A stretch of DNA of 64,000 nt from Octopus sinensis. Its lineage: Eukaryota. The translations under genes were made by a program, and so were the position numbers. The notes under the pieces are model-generated. The model was not told the origin of the DNA and searched no databases. It worked only from the letters and a program-made list of their open reading frames with translations. Positions within the stretch are counted from its first letter, which is position 1, and each line of letters opens with the position of its first letter. The stretch lies in contig NC_042998.1 of assembly GCF_006345805.1 (NCBI RefSeq), forward strand, positions 96,348,001 through 96,412,000, read 5' to 3'. Below, piece after piece: positions 50,224-64,000 of this stretch.

Positions 50224-50832
50224 AAATGTCTGGTATAATTGCATCCATTTCTGCCGAGCAGTCAGTTTGCGCATTTAGACGTGTGAAGATAACGCTAAGG
50301 AGCGGAATGGGTCAAAGGCAATTAAACGGTACAGCAATACTTGAATACTAAACAAAAAATATGCCGACATGTTTATTGGAAAAAATGTTAAGCAAATAAT
50401 TTATATTTTTGGTGCTGAGAAAAGCAGAAAACATTATATCTTTTACGTTGCATACCATGTGTCTGATTTATGCTAACTGTCCCTCTACCAATCCGTGTTG
50501 AGCCAGTTTGACAGAGTGGGCTCATCAAACCAGTATGATCTCAAGCTCAAATTCTGGCCTCCACATCAGCTGGTGAAGAGAACATGTTGAGGCCTCCGTC
50601 GTGCAGTGGGCTGAACTTAGGCAATCTAATCCAATCTAATTCGTGCTAACTGTATGATTGGTTGATAAACAGATTTGCTATTAAAAAAAATATTATTTGT
50701 GTTTTTACTTTGAATAAATCAATTCTACCTGACATCCCCAACTGCTACCTCCTCACCTCCTTGAACAAAGTGCCCCATGCGCCCATGTCATGGCATGTGA
50801 TGATTAATGTCATTTTTATTGGTAAGTACGAT

Positions 50833-50876
50833 CACTGTGGACACGTTTCAACCTGCTGAGGATCATCAGCAAGTTG
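50833..50876 (-). ncRNA. Degenerate hammerhead-like motif
   Basis: Minus strand CAACTTG-CTGATGA-tcctcagcaggtt-GAAAC-GT-GTC-CACAGTG; stem II imperfect. Confidence 0.4.
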
Positions 50877-51078
50877 TCTGTCGCCTATTTTTGAAAGAGG
50901 CCGAAGTATTAAGCTAACTTAATCGTTAAGTAAAACATACAAAAATAGTACATTTGTTGGCTTTAGATTATGGTAAAAACTATCAAAAAGAATAACTGAG
51001 ACATGTTGGCCAGAGAAGGTAAAGGATAGAGAATGTCTGAAAGAGAGAGAGAAATGAGTTGCGTAAACATGTCACGGA

Positions 51079-51119
<41 letters not shown>

Positions 51120-51346
51120 TAGTAGTAGTAGTAGTAGTACTAGTAGTAGTATATAGAAATAAGTTTAGTTTCGAGTGGAATCAGACAAGAAAAATTATTT
51201 CCTTCAGTTGTCAGAATGAAAGATTAAATTTTCTTTGGTTTATTTTAAGATAAATGTGTTCGACATAAATTCAAAAACTGTGTGTGTGTGTGCCTAAGTG
51301 CACACGCACGCGTGTGTGAGTGCGTGTGTACGTATGTATGTATGTT

Positions 51347-51380
<34 letters not shown>

Positions 51381-51464
51381 TCATAGATGAGTAGACAGAC
51401 AGATGCATATATATCTAGCTAGATAGATAGATAGACAGACAGTCAGACAGATAGACAGACATAC

Positions 51465-51539
<75 letters not shown>

Positions 51540-51941
51540 CAGACAGATAATCTGGTTTTCATTATTTGATGTCATCCTGTAAGAAAGGAGCTGATTTCTA
51601 ACAGAGATAAAACTCTGTCTTTGAAACTTAGATAACACGAACAATATCACATTTTCAATTTTGAGAAAAGTCTTACATATTTCTACTGTTCCACTTGCAG
51701 ATTGTCTATGCAATGTACATATTAGCTGGTTGGTTTCTTTTTATGTGCATGTATATGTACACACGCAATGAATAAGAAACTGACCGACCAAAGATAAATT
51801 CTGTTAAAAGAGACTACAGGATGATATATAATAATATGATAGATATAATTTTACGATCTAGTATGCTAATATGTTATTCATTCGACTTTCATTGCCATAG
51901 AAAATATATAAGTTGTCAAAAGAAGCGCTGAGAATTAAAAT

Positions 51942-51981
<40 letters not shown>

Positions 51982-52289
51982 AACGTATATAATTGTCCAT
52001 GCTTAGAAAATATTTCTCCGACATTTTGAAAATAAGTCTGCCGATATAGAAAACAAACAATGTTATCCAAACTTTTATTTATCTATTGATTGATTTTAAC
52101 CAATAAATGCAAGTCTGAACAACTAACATAAGCATACTGGAATGTTCTGTAATCAATGCATATAGATTGTTCTAAATAGTTTATAAAGGAGATAAACAAA
52201 CTTCTCCGATCTGGTCAAAGTGTTACGACCTCAAGCAATCCAATTTAAAACCCTGCACAGCACACACAAACATACACACACATATGCGT

Positions 52290-52514
52290 ATATATTGGCT
52301 CCAAATTTTTGGCACAATGCCAACAATTTCGCGGGGAAAGGGGTAAGTCGATTACATCGACAACAATGCTCAACTGGTACACATTTCATCGAACCCGAAG
52401 AGATGAAAAGCAAAGTCGACCTCGGTTGCATTTGAACCGAGAATGTAAACGTCAACAGAAATGCCGCTAAACATTTTGTCCAGTGCTATAACAATTCTGC
52501 CAGCTCGCTGCCTT
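52290..52514 (-). mobile_element. Family A SINE
   Basis: Full-length reverse-complement copy. Confidence 0.8.
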
Positions 52515-52547
52515 ACACATATATATTTACACGCACACATACACACG

Positions 52548-52559
<12 letters not shown>

Positions 52560-52637
<78 letters not shown>

Positions 52638-52865
52638 GATACATACATATATATATATATATGGATACGTACATAATGACATGCATACATCTACATACAT
52701 ATACCCGACGGGCTTCTTTGAGTTTCCGTCTACCAAATCCACTCACAAAGCTTTGGTCGGCGCTAGGCTAATGGTAGAAGACACTTGCCCAAGGTGCCAC
52801 GCAGTGGGACTGAACTCGGAACCATGTGATTGAGAAGCAAATTTCTTGCCACACAGCCACTTCTG
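52560..52865 (-). mobile_element. Family C SINE, 5' half with (CA)n
   Basis: Well-preserved head CCAAGGTGCCACGCAGTGGGACTGAAC. Confidence 0.85.
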
Positions 52866-53942
52866 CGCCTATACACACACACATACACACGCACACTCAC
52901 ACACGCCCCCACCTACACATACATACATACATCATACATACATACATACATACATACGTACGTACGTACGTAAGTACGTACGTACTTACATACGTACGTA
53001 CATATGTGTGTGTGACAGAAAATTATGGTGCTATGAAGAGTTATGCATAACATCAGAAATGAAGGGAAATTTTATTTCATTCTTAGAATATTTGGAATGC
53101 TTAATATGAAACACTTTTATTTCCTTCTCAAGAGTCTATTATCTATTTGAGTTACAAGAGAAAATAGATTTTGCTCTTCTACACATAAATATCTGAGCAA
53201 TTGTTAGCATTGAAGCAGTTTCCATCAAGGAAATAAATAGGAACTTGTTTAGTGTTGCTACAACTTTACTTCTTGTCGCATAGAGATACAAATATTTAAC
53301 GCATATTTTTTCAGCCAAAGTTTGCGTATAGCTTATCGTCTTCTTAAGGCAACAGTAACTTGCATAATATAAATAAAACGAGAAAATACGATAGATATTT
53401 GGAGATATATTTATTATCGTCTTACGCATACTTTTAGTGTGAACAGCAAGTTTTATAATTCTTGCAGAATATTACAAAACAGATGCAGAACAGAATTTTG
53501 TCAGTGAACATGTCGCGATCTCAAAGCGACGAAAATATTTTGGCAAATTAAATTTAAATGTTGAAGTGAATCTAACAGTTTTTGTGTTTCTTAAATGGCT
53601 TATAAACACCTTCCACGCTGCAATTGTTTTCGTTCCAGCAGACGATCTCAGATCAGATCACTTGCTATGCAAGTACATCTCCGTAATTACAAAACAGTAT
53701 CTTTCTTAATCTAAGTTCGATTATTATATATTACGAAAGAGTAATGGAAAGGAGAAATAGTTGTGCACAGGAGAAAAAGTGTGTTGCAGTAGTTAGTTTT
53801 GTCTCTTTACCGTCTGAGTTCGAATCGCATCAAAGGCAAATTTATTATCCATCTTTCCGGAGTTGAGGGATTTAACCGACTTTGTTATCTTAGAAAATTT
53901 TGTGGAAGAGTAAAAATGTTAGAAATCGGTGTATATATATAT

Positions 53943-53976
<34 letters not shown>

Positions 53977-54039
53977 CACTCAATGGGGTACAGAAAATTT
54001 CCTGGTTTTAAGGGCCTCGTGAAAGGTTTTGTTGGAGGC

Positions 54040-54197
54040 CCAACCTTCCGAGCTCTTTTACAGGGCTTAGAAAAGCTGAAGGACCACTGCAATAAGTGTG
54101 TGAATCTGAGAGGGGTATACGTTGAATAAAATCCTAATTAACTGATTCTCCTGTGTTTTCTTTTACCCAAAGCTGGGAACATTTCAACACCTGCTCG
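54040..54197 (+). mobile_element. 3' end of a mariner element
   Basis: GLEKLKDHCNKCVNLRGVYVE* (transposase C-terminus, stop at 54129), TIR-like CTGGGAACATTTCAACACCTGCTCG, then TA. Confidence 0.75.
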
Positions 54198-56657
54198 TAT
54201 ATTCTCATGTGATCGACTAGACTATCGGCTTTTGTTATACATCGATGGCCACATTGCGTTTTGCATCGTTTCAGCTTTCGAATGTTGCCCCTCCCCTCCC
54301 GCTGGCCATCTCCCCACTGATCGGAAGGCTATTCCGGCGCAGAGTTTACCATGTAAAGCTGCGGGAAATGAAGTGAAGAACACAACTTGTCGTTCGGCCC
54401 AGGAATAGAACCAGCCACCCTAATCACTAATCACGCGTCACACACACACACACACATTCTTGGCCAGATCGTAATTTGTTTCCGATTCTCATTTGCAGTT
54501 TGTTTTTCTCTTTCCTTCGAGAACGAAGTCCACGTTCCATCATTCTTTTAACTCCTATAATTCCAGATTGTGCACACTTGCAGAAGAGGCTTTACACAAC
54601 ATCATTAAGTTGAATGTAAGCCATGGCGTTTAACAAAAATAATAAGAAAATGCTTAATATTAGCTCGAGAGTTTATCGCACGAAAATATTTTCTTCATCG
54701 CCAGTGATCCCATCAGTGATTTAAAGTTCTAGTGAAATTGAAAAGATGCTTAGTTATAGGTTAACTTTGCGATGATCAAACCCATCATTCTTCAGGTGCT
54801 AGTCCATATTCAGTCTTAATATAGATTTCTTTTCATAAATTAGCGAGCGTTGCAAAGAAATGAGTAAACACATTTATTCGCCCAGTTTCAATTTACATCT
54901 ATAGTCATCTGGATTCGATTTTGTAATTTTGTCGATTCTTTGGGAAAAACACGAACTTCACCAACATGTCACTTTTAAATAATGAAAAACCACAAATAAG
55001 AAAGGGGTCTTATAACTGATTGCTCGATTAATAGTAAATAATCGTTAAACTCCGCTCACATTACACCATGTGATGGACTTTTTGTCACTACGACGAATGA
55101 AGGTTCAGCAAGACACAGCTGCAGAGAATAGGACTATGGAAAATGACCGTCACTTAATGGTCGCCCATGTGCCGGGCTGAAGACTCTCAGTTGCATACTC
55201 TACTTGTCTCTGTCGCCCCTTTTCCTGTCACCATTGGCTTTATGAAGAAAGCGTGATGGTGTTGGTACCGGTGTCTTGGTTGATTGAAAAACCTACACGA
55301 TGAATACTATTAGAAGGGGCATTGTTTGTGCAGAGTCACTTCCACTCTTTCGTCTTTCAAACTTGTATTGGTTTGGTGCAAGAAGTGCCGCGAGCCCATA
55401 GTTAACAAGGTGAATGAAGATACCTTCTCTTTGTTGAGCAGCTAAAGAGATGAAGGGCCTCATCTACTTGAGGTCATGTGGGAGTGTCCGTGAATAATCT
55501 TCTTCCGGAGGACAAGATATTTATTGAACAAGAATGAGAAATAAAATGGTTAAGTCTTTAATACATTTTGCGTTGTAAAAGATGAGTTGTTTACACCTGG
55601 AACACCGTTGCTTATAGATTTGCTCGATCACGGCTGACTCGAGGCTATATAACAAGAATAACAACCACGCAACAAATAGCAAATTGAAGCTACCAATTTC
55701 TAACAAGACAAGAAAAAAACCGTTACACAAAATTTGAAAACCGGTTTCCATTCTCATATCTATTAATTTCTTTTTTTTTTCAATACTCTTGGGAAAGACA
55801 ACTCTTTCTCAATCCTTCCTTTAAATTGGATATCTTGGTCCAAGTTAAAATAAATTCATATTATATCTACATAGAGTTATCCATATGGTTGGTGACACCT
55901 CGGAAAGCTGAAGTATATGTATGATTTTTAAAATGTTACCCGAAGGAAAAGCTAGGATTAAAATGTTTATTTTATTACAATATATAAGCCAAAGAGAACA
56001 GTTTAAACACAACAACCACGGCTCAAATCCTTTATTAATATAACATGGAGAGAGAGTGAGAGAGAGAGAGAGTGAGTGAAGGAGGGACAGACGGATAGAC
56101 AGAGAGAAAGAAAATGATCGTATCTACGATCCTGTCAATGCTCTCCACACATTTCTGTCACAAACACGCAATAGAGGATTGGTGGGTAAGGGAAAGTCCA
56201 AACAGTGCAGTTGATCTTTTGTTGATCTAAAGAATTTACTCCAAATAAATTTCAGAAAATGCAAAACAAAAACAAAACAAAACAAAAAAAAAACATATGC
56301 TGACACATAAATTATCCTAACTAAAACATTTTTCCTCTCAACTTGAACTCCCCAAATGTTTTCATAACACTTTCTATGTCTACAGTTTTTACAATGTTAT
56401 TTTCTTGTGACAAAGTTGCAAAAGAATTTCATTTCTCTTGTGTCAATGACGACCGTAAATTTGTTTTTATAAACTTTACTTTACTAAAGTTTCTCTCTCC
56501 TGTGGCCACTGTTATAGGTAAACACACAACAAAGCTGTCCCATGGCACGGTGCACCAACTAACTGCTCCAATTTGATAATCCTGTATCTAGCCAATCCTG
56601 TTTGCAGTAGGCTATCGACCTTAACAGTTCCAAAGATATTGTTATAAAATTGATTAA

Positions 56658-57040
56658 AGCGGCGAACTGCTAACGATTTTGACGTTTCACCGCCTCAATT
56701 AAGTTAGCACGTCGGGCGAAATGCGTAGCCGTATTTTGTCTGCCGTTACGTTCTGAGTTCAAATTCCGCCGAGGTTGACTTTGCCTTTTATCCTTTCGCG
56801 GTCCATTAAATAAGTACCAGTTACGCACTGGGGTCGACGTAATCGACTTAATCCGTTTCTCTGTCCTTGTTTGTCCCCTCTGTGATTAGTCCTTTGTGGG
56901 TAGTAAAGAAATAGGTATTTCTTCCGGCTCTTTACTTCGTGAGTTCAAATTCCGCCAAGGTCGACTTTGTCTTTCGTCCTTTCGAAGTTGATAAAATAAG
57001 TACCAGTTGAGCACAGGGTTTGATATACTCGGCTAGCCTT
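56658..57040 (+). mobile_element. Dimeric family A SINE
   Basis: Second monomer starts at the same AAAGAAATAGGTATTTC junction (~56905). Confidence 0.8.
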
Positions 57041-57049
57041 TGTGCCTAT

Positions 57050-57200
57050 TTTGGTTTCAGTTGGTACTTATTTTATCGACCCCGAAAGAATGAAAGGCAA
57101 AGTTGACCTCGGCGGAATTTGAACTCAGAACGTAAAGACGAACGAAATGCCGTTTAGCATCTTCTGCTGCCGTGCTAACAGTTCTGCCAGCGCACCACCA
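57050..57200 (-). mobile_element. Family A SINE, inverted next to the dimer
   Basis: GGTACTTATTTTATCGACCCCG...CCTCGGCGGAATTTGAACTC. Confidence 0.85.
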
Positions 57201-57574
57201 GACTTCGTTCCTATATTAAAAACAAATTTGTATAGACACAGTCTCTATTCCCTAAAATTATTTTCTAATTGGTTGCGCAATTCGAAATAAATAAATAAAA
57301 TAACATAAAATAAATCCATTAACTATGAAAAAGTAATAACGTCATATCAATTGCAAGATTAGAAAGAGTGAAAAAAATCTATTTATAATCACACATCTGC
57401 ACAAGTTCATTGGTATCTTTAACTCTAAGTAGGGCTTTCAGAGGAGGCGGACATAGGATTTAGGCTTAAAATTAGACAGACCTTCTCTGCTTATCTATTT
57501 ATAGCCCGTGTTCATAAACAGAGTATTCATCTCCACATTATCTTGCTTTAAAAAACGTGATCTTTATATACGTA

Positions 57575-57633
<59 letters not shown>

Positions 57634-57749
57634 AACATAAATATACATGTGTGCATGTGTGTGTATATGTATGTATGTATGATGTATGTATGTATGTATG
57701 TATGTATATATGTATATATATATGCATATATATAGAGAGAGACAGAGAA

Positions 57750-57781
<32 letters not shown>

Positions 57782-57907
57782 CCGATTCATACAGTGATAT
57801 ATGCGTACAACTATCCATACAATCATGCGTACATATACATACATACATATGGTGCATACATACATAACATATATGATCCATATGCATGTATACAGATATA
57901 TACATAC

Positions 57908-57942
<35 letters not shown>

Positions 57943-57957
57943 TAGATATATATATAT

Positions 57958-58024
<67 letters not shown>

Positions 58025-58027
58025 TAC

Positions 58028-58342
58028 TGAGACCCCCTTCGGTCATGACTGACCATGGGATTGCACCTACAAAGTTATCCTACCAGGCACAAGTCCGGGC
58101 AAGGTTGTTTATGGAAGACCAGCAGTTACCCATGCATTCCGGCCCCGCCTCTCCACGCCACCAGTGTTATCCAAGGGAAAGGCAAAGACCGATACAGCTT
58201 GACACCTGTGGTATCGCAACTCATTTCTACAGATGAGTGAACTGGAGCAACGTGAAATAAAGTGTCTTGCTCAAGAACACAACACGCGGCCCGGTCCGGG
58301 ATTCGAACTCGACGCTCTAACCACCGAGCTATGCGCCTTCAC
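58028..58342 (-). mobile_element. tRNA/CORE-like SINE with a distinct, LINE-like 3' tail
   Basis: Head and core shared with family B (GGAGCAACGTGAAATAAAGTGTCTTGCTCAAG); different 3' half. Confidence 0.75.
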
Positions 58343-58375
58343 ACACACACACACACACGTATATATACATACATA

Positions 58376-58461
<86 letters not shown>

Positions 58462-60459
58462 TACAAATACATATATATACATATATATGCATACTTAAAT
58501 ATATACACACACGTGTGTGTGTTTCTGAAAGTGTCAAAGACGAATTACCTTTTACATTAACGTTCTTGTAAACATCCATCAGTTACAATATGCTAGACAA
58601 AGAACACTGCATCCTAGTAGCAAGTCATATTTTATTTTATCCTATTTTATTAGGTTTTTTTTTTTCCCGTCGCTCGTACAATTCTGCTTTCCCTTAAGTG
58701 AGATAGGGGATAAATTGTTGCTTCAACTTTATCGAATACAAAGAGCTACAATCAATTGCACAACAACAAAAATAGTAACTATCAAATGAAACCAGAAAAG
58801 AAACAGTGACCGTCTGTGTTGTACCACAGTGATCCGCTATCATTTAGACCATGTGAAGTGGTGTAGGATACTTTAGAGAAGTGATGTAGGATATTTATAG
58901 TGAAAGTATGTGGAATAGCTTTCACCTTTGTCTCCATTTTCTTACAATAATTTGATAAACAGTACTTAGATCACATTACAATACTGTTTAGTTATTTTTT
59001 ATTTATATATATTTCTTTTAATTCTCGAAATTCGGTATTGGCATTTTGGTTCATAAAACCAGAATTCTATTTCATATTCTTTTTAAAATAATTATACTGA
59101 TAAAATATCTAAATCTGGCATCTGCCATACAGATAACTATACATATAAATAGCCGTGTTGTCCAGAGGACAATGGACTCTGTGTTTCGGATATATGAACT
59201 CTGAACAGAAATGCATGCCAACCTCGAGGGAAAGTTTATTTTCGAGATAAAAAAAAAGGAAAAAGACAATGTACTTGCTAATACTAACCTTGTTTTTAGG
59301 ATGTATACAAGATATTTAACTTTACCTGCTGAAGTCTTACACGATTCAAAAAAATTAGGTACCGTCTCGAGTCCTTGGAAACCAGTTAACTGGTTTCCAT
59401 GAAGTATGTGTACCGTGTTGACAGCATTCGCGCTCAACAGGACGTCAATTTGTCACAGGGTTGCTCGTTTACAGTGAGTGAACTAGAATCATGTGAAATA
59501 AAGTGTTTTGCTCAACAACTAAACATATCACCCGGTCTGGGAATTGAAGCCGCGATCTTGCGATCGAGAGTGCAACATCGTAGCCACGAGGCCACACACC
59601 TTCACTAATGATTTTACGCATATCTCTTAACCGAGTGACCAAGTCAAATAGCTTCAATACATGAATATGAATACACTCTTTCAATTTAGAGTCCGTATTT
59701 CATTGTATATTGCTTCTTTCCTCGTATGGGCAAGCGTGTTCGTGTCCGCATCCTTCGTGTCCGATGGCATCACTTTGTCTCCAACAATTCGGTGCGACAC
59801 CAGTGCAAAATCACCTCCCTCTGACTCCCGGGTGAATGCTGTCTCAAGACAAGAAGACATGGGCAAGCGAAAAAATTTGTAACATTTATGCTCTCTCCAA
59901 GAATATTAATCTACGTTTATCTTTTAATTGTTTTAGTCACTGGACTGTAGTCAAACTGAAACTACGCCTTGGAGTATTTAGTCGAACAAATCAACCCCAG
60001 TACTTATATCTTAAGTCTAGTACTTATCCTATCAGTCTCTTCTGTCGAACCGCTACGTTACGTAGACGTATGCAAACGACATTGTAGTCAAGCGTTGGGA
60101 GGATTCTCACTCAGAATGTAAATAGTCGAAAGAAAAACCGCAATGCCCTAACAATTCTACCAGGTAGCCAACGAAAATATGAATGGATATGAAGTAATAT
60201 GAAGTGGTTCCGATCAAAATGAACTCACGAATCTATCTGACCTAAATTCAAAAATGTATATGATGTCGTTTCCATGTAGTCGTTCACCATATTCTGTATT
60301 ATCTTTTAAAATGGCGACCACATGTTTTGAATTCTAAGTCATCAGAAAATATGACGAGCACTTAAGATAGGTCGATCACATCTAGAGCCTTAAAAGTTAG
60401 CACAAACTGAAGCAGCAGGCATTTTATATTTGCGTGTCTCTACTACTGAACAAACACAT

Positions 60460-60925
<466 letters not shown>

Positions 60926-61079
60926 AAACGATATCAAACAATATACATCTCAAAATTTCATATCCAATATCGATAATGCTGAACTGCAAAATATTTCCGA
61001 GACTTTTATTTACCACACTCCGTGTTGCAGATCTGCTAAATTTAGAACAAAACAAATGAATTTGTAGTCTCTAACAAAG

Positions 61080-61762
61080 GATCCTCCTGCAATGCGGGGA
61101 GATTTTGTAACGCAGAGAATCTTAGTTTAACGCGAGAGCTTCTACGTGATCGATGGACTTGCAACCATACATAGCAACCATATCTCGTCTAAATCACAAC
61201 CGGTTCTCTGAAATCAGAAGAACACATTGTATAACGTTGTCAAAAGTACACTATGCCGTATAAAATGAATGATGCTCACGGCTGGAATATTTTTGTGTGG
61301 TTTAGGATCATCTGGTGCCAAGCAACCACACAAAAAAAAATCAAGTCTAGGTATTACAATTAAATTCAGTTCTACAGAGAAAATAAACATTAATTTCAAG
61401 GAACTATCACGTAAATTGCAAGCTATAAATGCAAAGATACAAATTATTGCTGAAAGAAGAAAATTTTACTTAACAACTGTCTTTCTTACGGCATGTAATA
61501 ATTGTAGAGAAGTGGTACAATAGGCTATAGAAATGAGAAAAGCATAACCAACTTGAATGTCTCATTGTTGAGCTATAAAACACATCTATCATTTGTTACA
61601 TCACAGAGAAATACATGGAAGTGTTCAATGTAATCACAGCCACAATAAATGCTATATGAATAGAAAGCAAAAGCCTGAGCTTTAAGTATAAATAAAGACA
61701 AAAACATATATAACATGGGGCTAAAGTCACGTCAAGTCTTCATTCTGAAGTGAATAGTTTTC

Positions 61763-61820
<58 letters not shown>

Positions 61821-62951
61821 ATGTATGTATGTATGTATGTATGTATGTATGTATGTATGTGTGTGTGTATGTATATATATATACATATATTAGGAAAAGG
61901 AAAGACCCAAGGAAGGGGAGACGAAGGGAAAAAATCGCCAACGATACATACGCGGCCACATATACGTTTATGAATTTGTGTTGCAAGATTCTTGATGTTA
62001 GACCGTGTGTTTCAACAGATCCTCCTGCAATGCGGGGAGATTTTGTAACGCAGAGAATCTTAGTTTAACGCGAGAGCTTCTACGTGATCGATGGACTTGC
62101 AACAATACATAGCAACCATATCTCGTCTAAATCACAACCGGTTCTCTGAAATCAGAAGAACACATTGTATAACGTTGTCAAAAGTACACTATGGCCGTAT
62201 AAAATGAATGATGCTCACGGCTGGAATATTTTTGTGTGGTTTAGGATCATCTGGTGCCAAGCAACCACACAAAAAAAAATCAAGTCTAGTATTACAATAA
62301 ATTCAGTTCTACAGAGAAAATAAACATTAATTTCAAGGAACTATCACGTAAATTGCAAGCTATAAATGCAAAGATACAAATTATTGCTGAAAGAAGAAAA
62401 TTTTACTTAACAACTGTCTTTCTTACGGCATGTAATAATTGTAGAGAAGTGGTACAATAGGCTATAGAAATGAGAAAAGCATAACCAACTTGAATGTCTC
62501 ATTGTTGAGCTATAAGACACATCTATCATTTGTTACATCACAGAGAAATACATGGAAGTGTTCAATGTAATCACAGCCACAATAAATGCTATTGAATAGA
62601 AAGCAAAAGCCTGAGCTTTAAGTAAAATAAAGACAAAAACATATATAACATGGGGCTAAAGTCACGTCAAAGTTTCATTCTGAAGTGAATAGTTTTCATA
62701 TATAATATATGGTGTGTGGTGTGTGTGTGTGTTGTGTATGTATGTATGTATGTATGTATGTATGAGTATGTATGTATGTATGTATGTATGTATGTGTGGT
62801 GTGTATATATATATACATATATTAGGAAAAGGAAAGACCCAAGGAAGGGGAGACGAAGGGAAAAAATCGCCAACGATACATACGCGGCCACCAATACGTT
62901 TATGAATTTGTGTTGCAAGATTCTTGATGTTAGACCGTGTGTTCAACAGAT
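61080..62951 (+). repeat. Tandem duplication of a ~938-bp unit
   Basis: GATCCTCCTGCAATG at 61080 and 62018; GAT microhomology at the junction. Confidence 0.95.
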
Positions 62952-63212
62952 ATTGTATTTCGGGATGGCAATTATAATATATCTTTATATATATATTTAT
63001 ATAATATATATATATATATATTATATATATATTATTATATATATATCTATATTATATATAATATATAGATAGATAGATAGATAGATAGTAGATTAGATAG
63101 ATAGATAGATAGATAGATGATAGATAGATAGATATAGGTGTATATATATATATATATACCAGAGTAAGCACATAGATGTGAAACAAGGTGGTAAAAATAG
63201 TACTCGATAAAT

Positions 63213-64000
63213 GTTGCCGAAGCAGACACTCCGAGGATTTTCACCAGAGCCCCGTCTGCCGGGTTGTGGCCCTAATACCACTCAGTGTCAGACCAATCCG
63301 CCTTGGGTGGCCCTACCAGGAACCGAAGTTCCCGATAGCATAGCTCTGACACTACCCGATGCCAGCGTCCCCATCACGGTGAGGAGGGGATGGACTTTGG
63401 GGACGCCGTGACCCAGGCGTTGTGGAACGTTGTTACAAGCAGTATTATTATAGTACTTACCATATTTATCAATTACCTTATCTCCCAACTGTTAGAGTCA
63501 GCGAGATAACCTCTACGTGATCACTCTATTTGCTAGAAGTAGTAGCCAAATCTCTCACAATTCAAACCTGACAGTCTTAAAAAGGAAGGACATGTTAGAT
63601 AAAATCATCCTAGATCTGTCTAAGATCTAGGATAGTTTAGATCTACTTAATCTCGTCCAAACTGGAGCAGCACAACAACAGTGTCCAATTATTAACAAAC
63701 TAAAATAATTCTCTCGAAAATTTTAACGAAGGTGAAATTAAAGGATGATTCTTGTGATTATGAATGAGGACATCAAACCAACTTGAATATGAAGTTCTGA
63801 TAAAATCTGACAAAGGCGCAAACGTGGCTGTTTGATAAGAAGCTTGCTTCCAAACCACATGGTTCTGGGTTCAGTCCCACTCTTTTACTATAGTCTCGGG
63901 TCGACTAAAGCCTTGTGAATGGATTTTGGTAGAAGGAAACTGAGAGACGCTCGCAGTGTGTATGTATATATATATATAAGTGTATGTGCATGTGTGTGTG
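63213..64000 (+). repeat. Second copy of the segment starting at 29561 (runs off the window)
   Basis: GTTGCCGAAGCAGACACTCC... is colinear with 29561 onward to the window end. Confidence 0.95.

Noticed and set aside
54760-54796. Minus-strand CTGAAGA-ATGAT..ATCAT-CGCAAAGTT as a hammerhead
   Set aside because: GAAA is disrupted and there is no stem I.
55050-55640. GC-richer stretch as an LTR/PBS/gag remnant
   Set aside because: No paired LTR, no convincing PBS and no recognisable peptide.

Overview
AT-rich, microsatellite-dense eukaryotic DNA. The SINE families look like those of a cephalopod (octopus-like); this is an inference from repeat content. One clear protein-coding gene is present: a single-exon CDS at 5301-6323 (+) with a WH1/EVH1-like domain, a basic stretch and a CRIB-like motif, resembling Drosophila MESR3. 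There is also a candidate orphan terminal exon at 20634-20788 (-). The rest is mobile DNA: a decayed maT-type Tc1/mariner, a full-length frameshifted irritans-type mariner nested in a SINE, dozens of tRNA-derived SINEs (including dimers and a trimer inserted as single units), three fragments of restriction-like-endonuclease (RLE) LINEs sitting in specific microsatellites, short RTE-like elements, MITE-like palindromes, two short tandem duplications that may be assembly artefacts, and the start of a longer duplication. The most unusual signal is a set of hammerhead-ribozyme-like motifs (CTGANGA...GAAAC...GTH) in otherwise unannotated repeats. The best case is a tandem pair 498 bp apart (43807, 44305) whose mutations complement each other, so their consensus is a complete type I hammerhead, as expected for Penelope-like LTRs or retrozymes. 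All folds and alignments were done by eye; SINE boundaries without a TSD are approximate.
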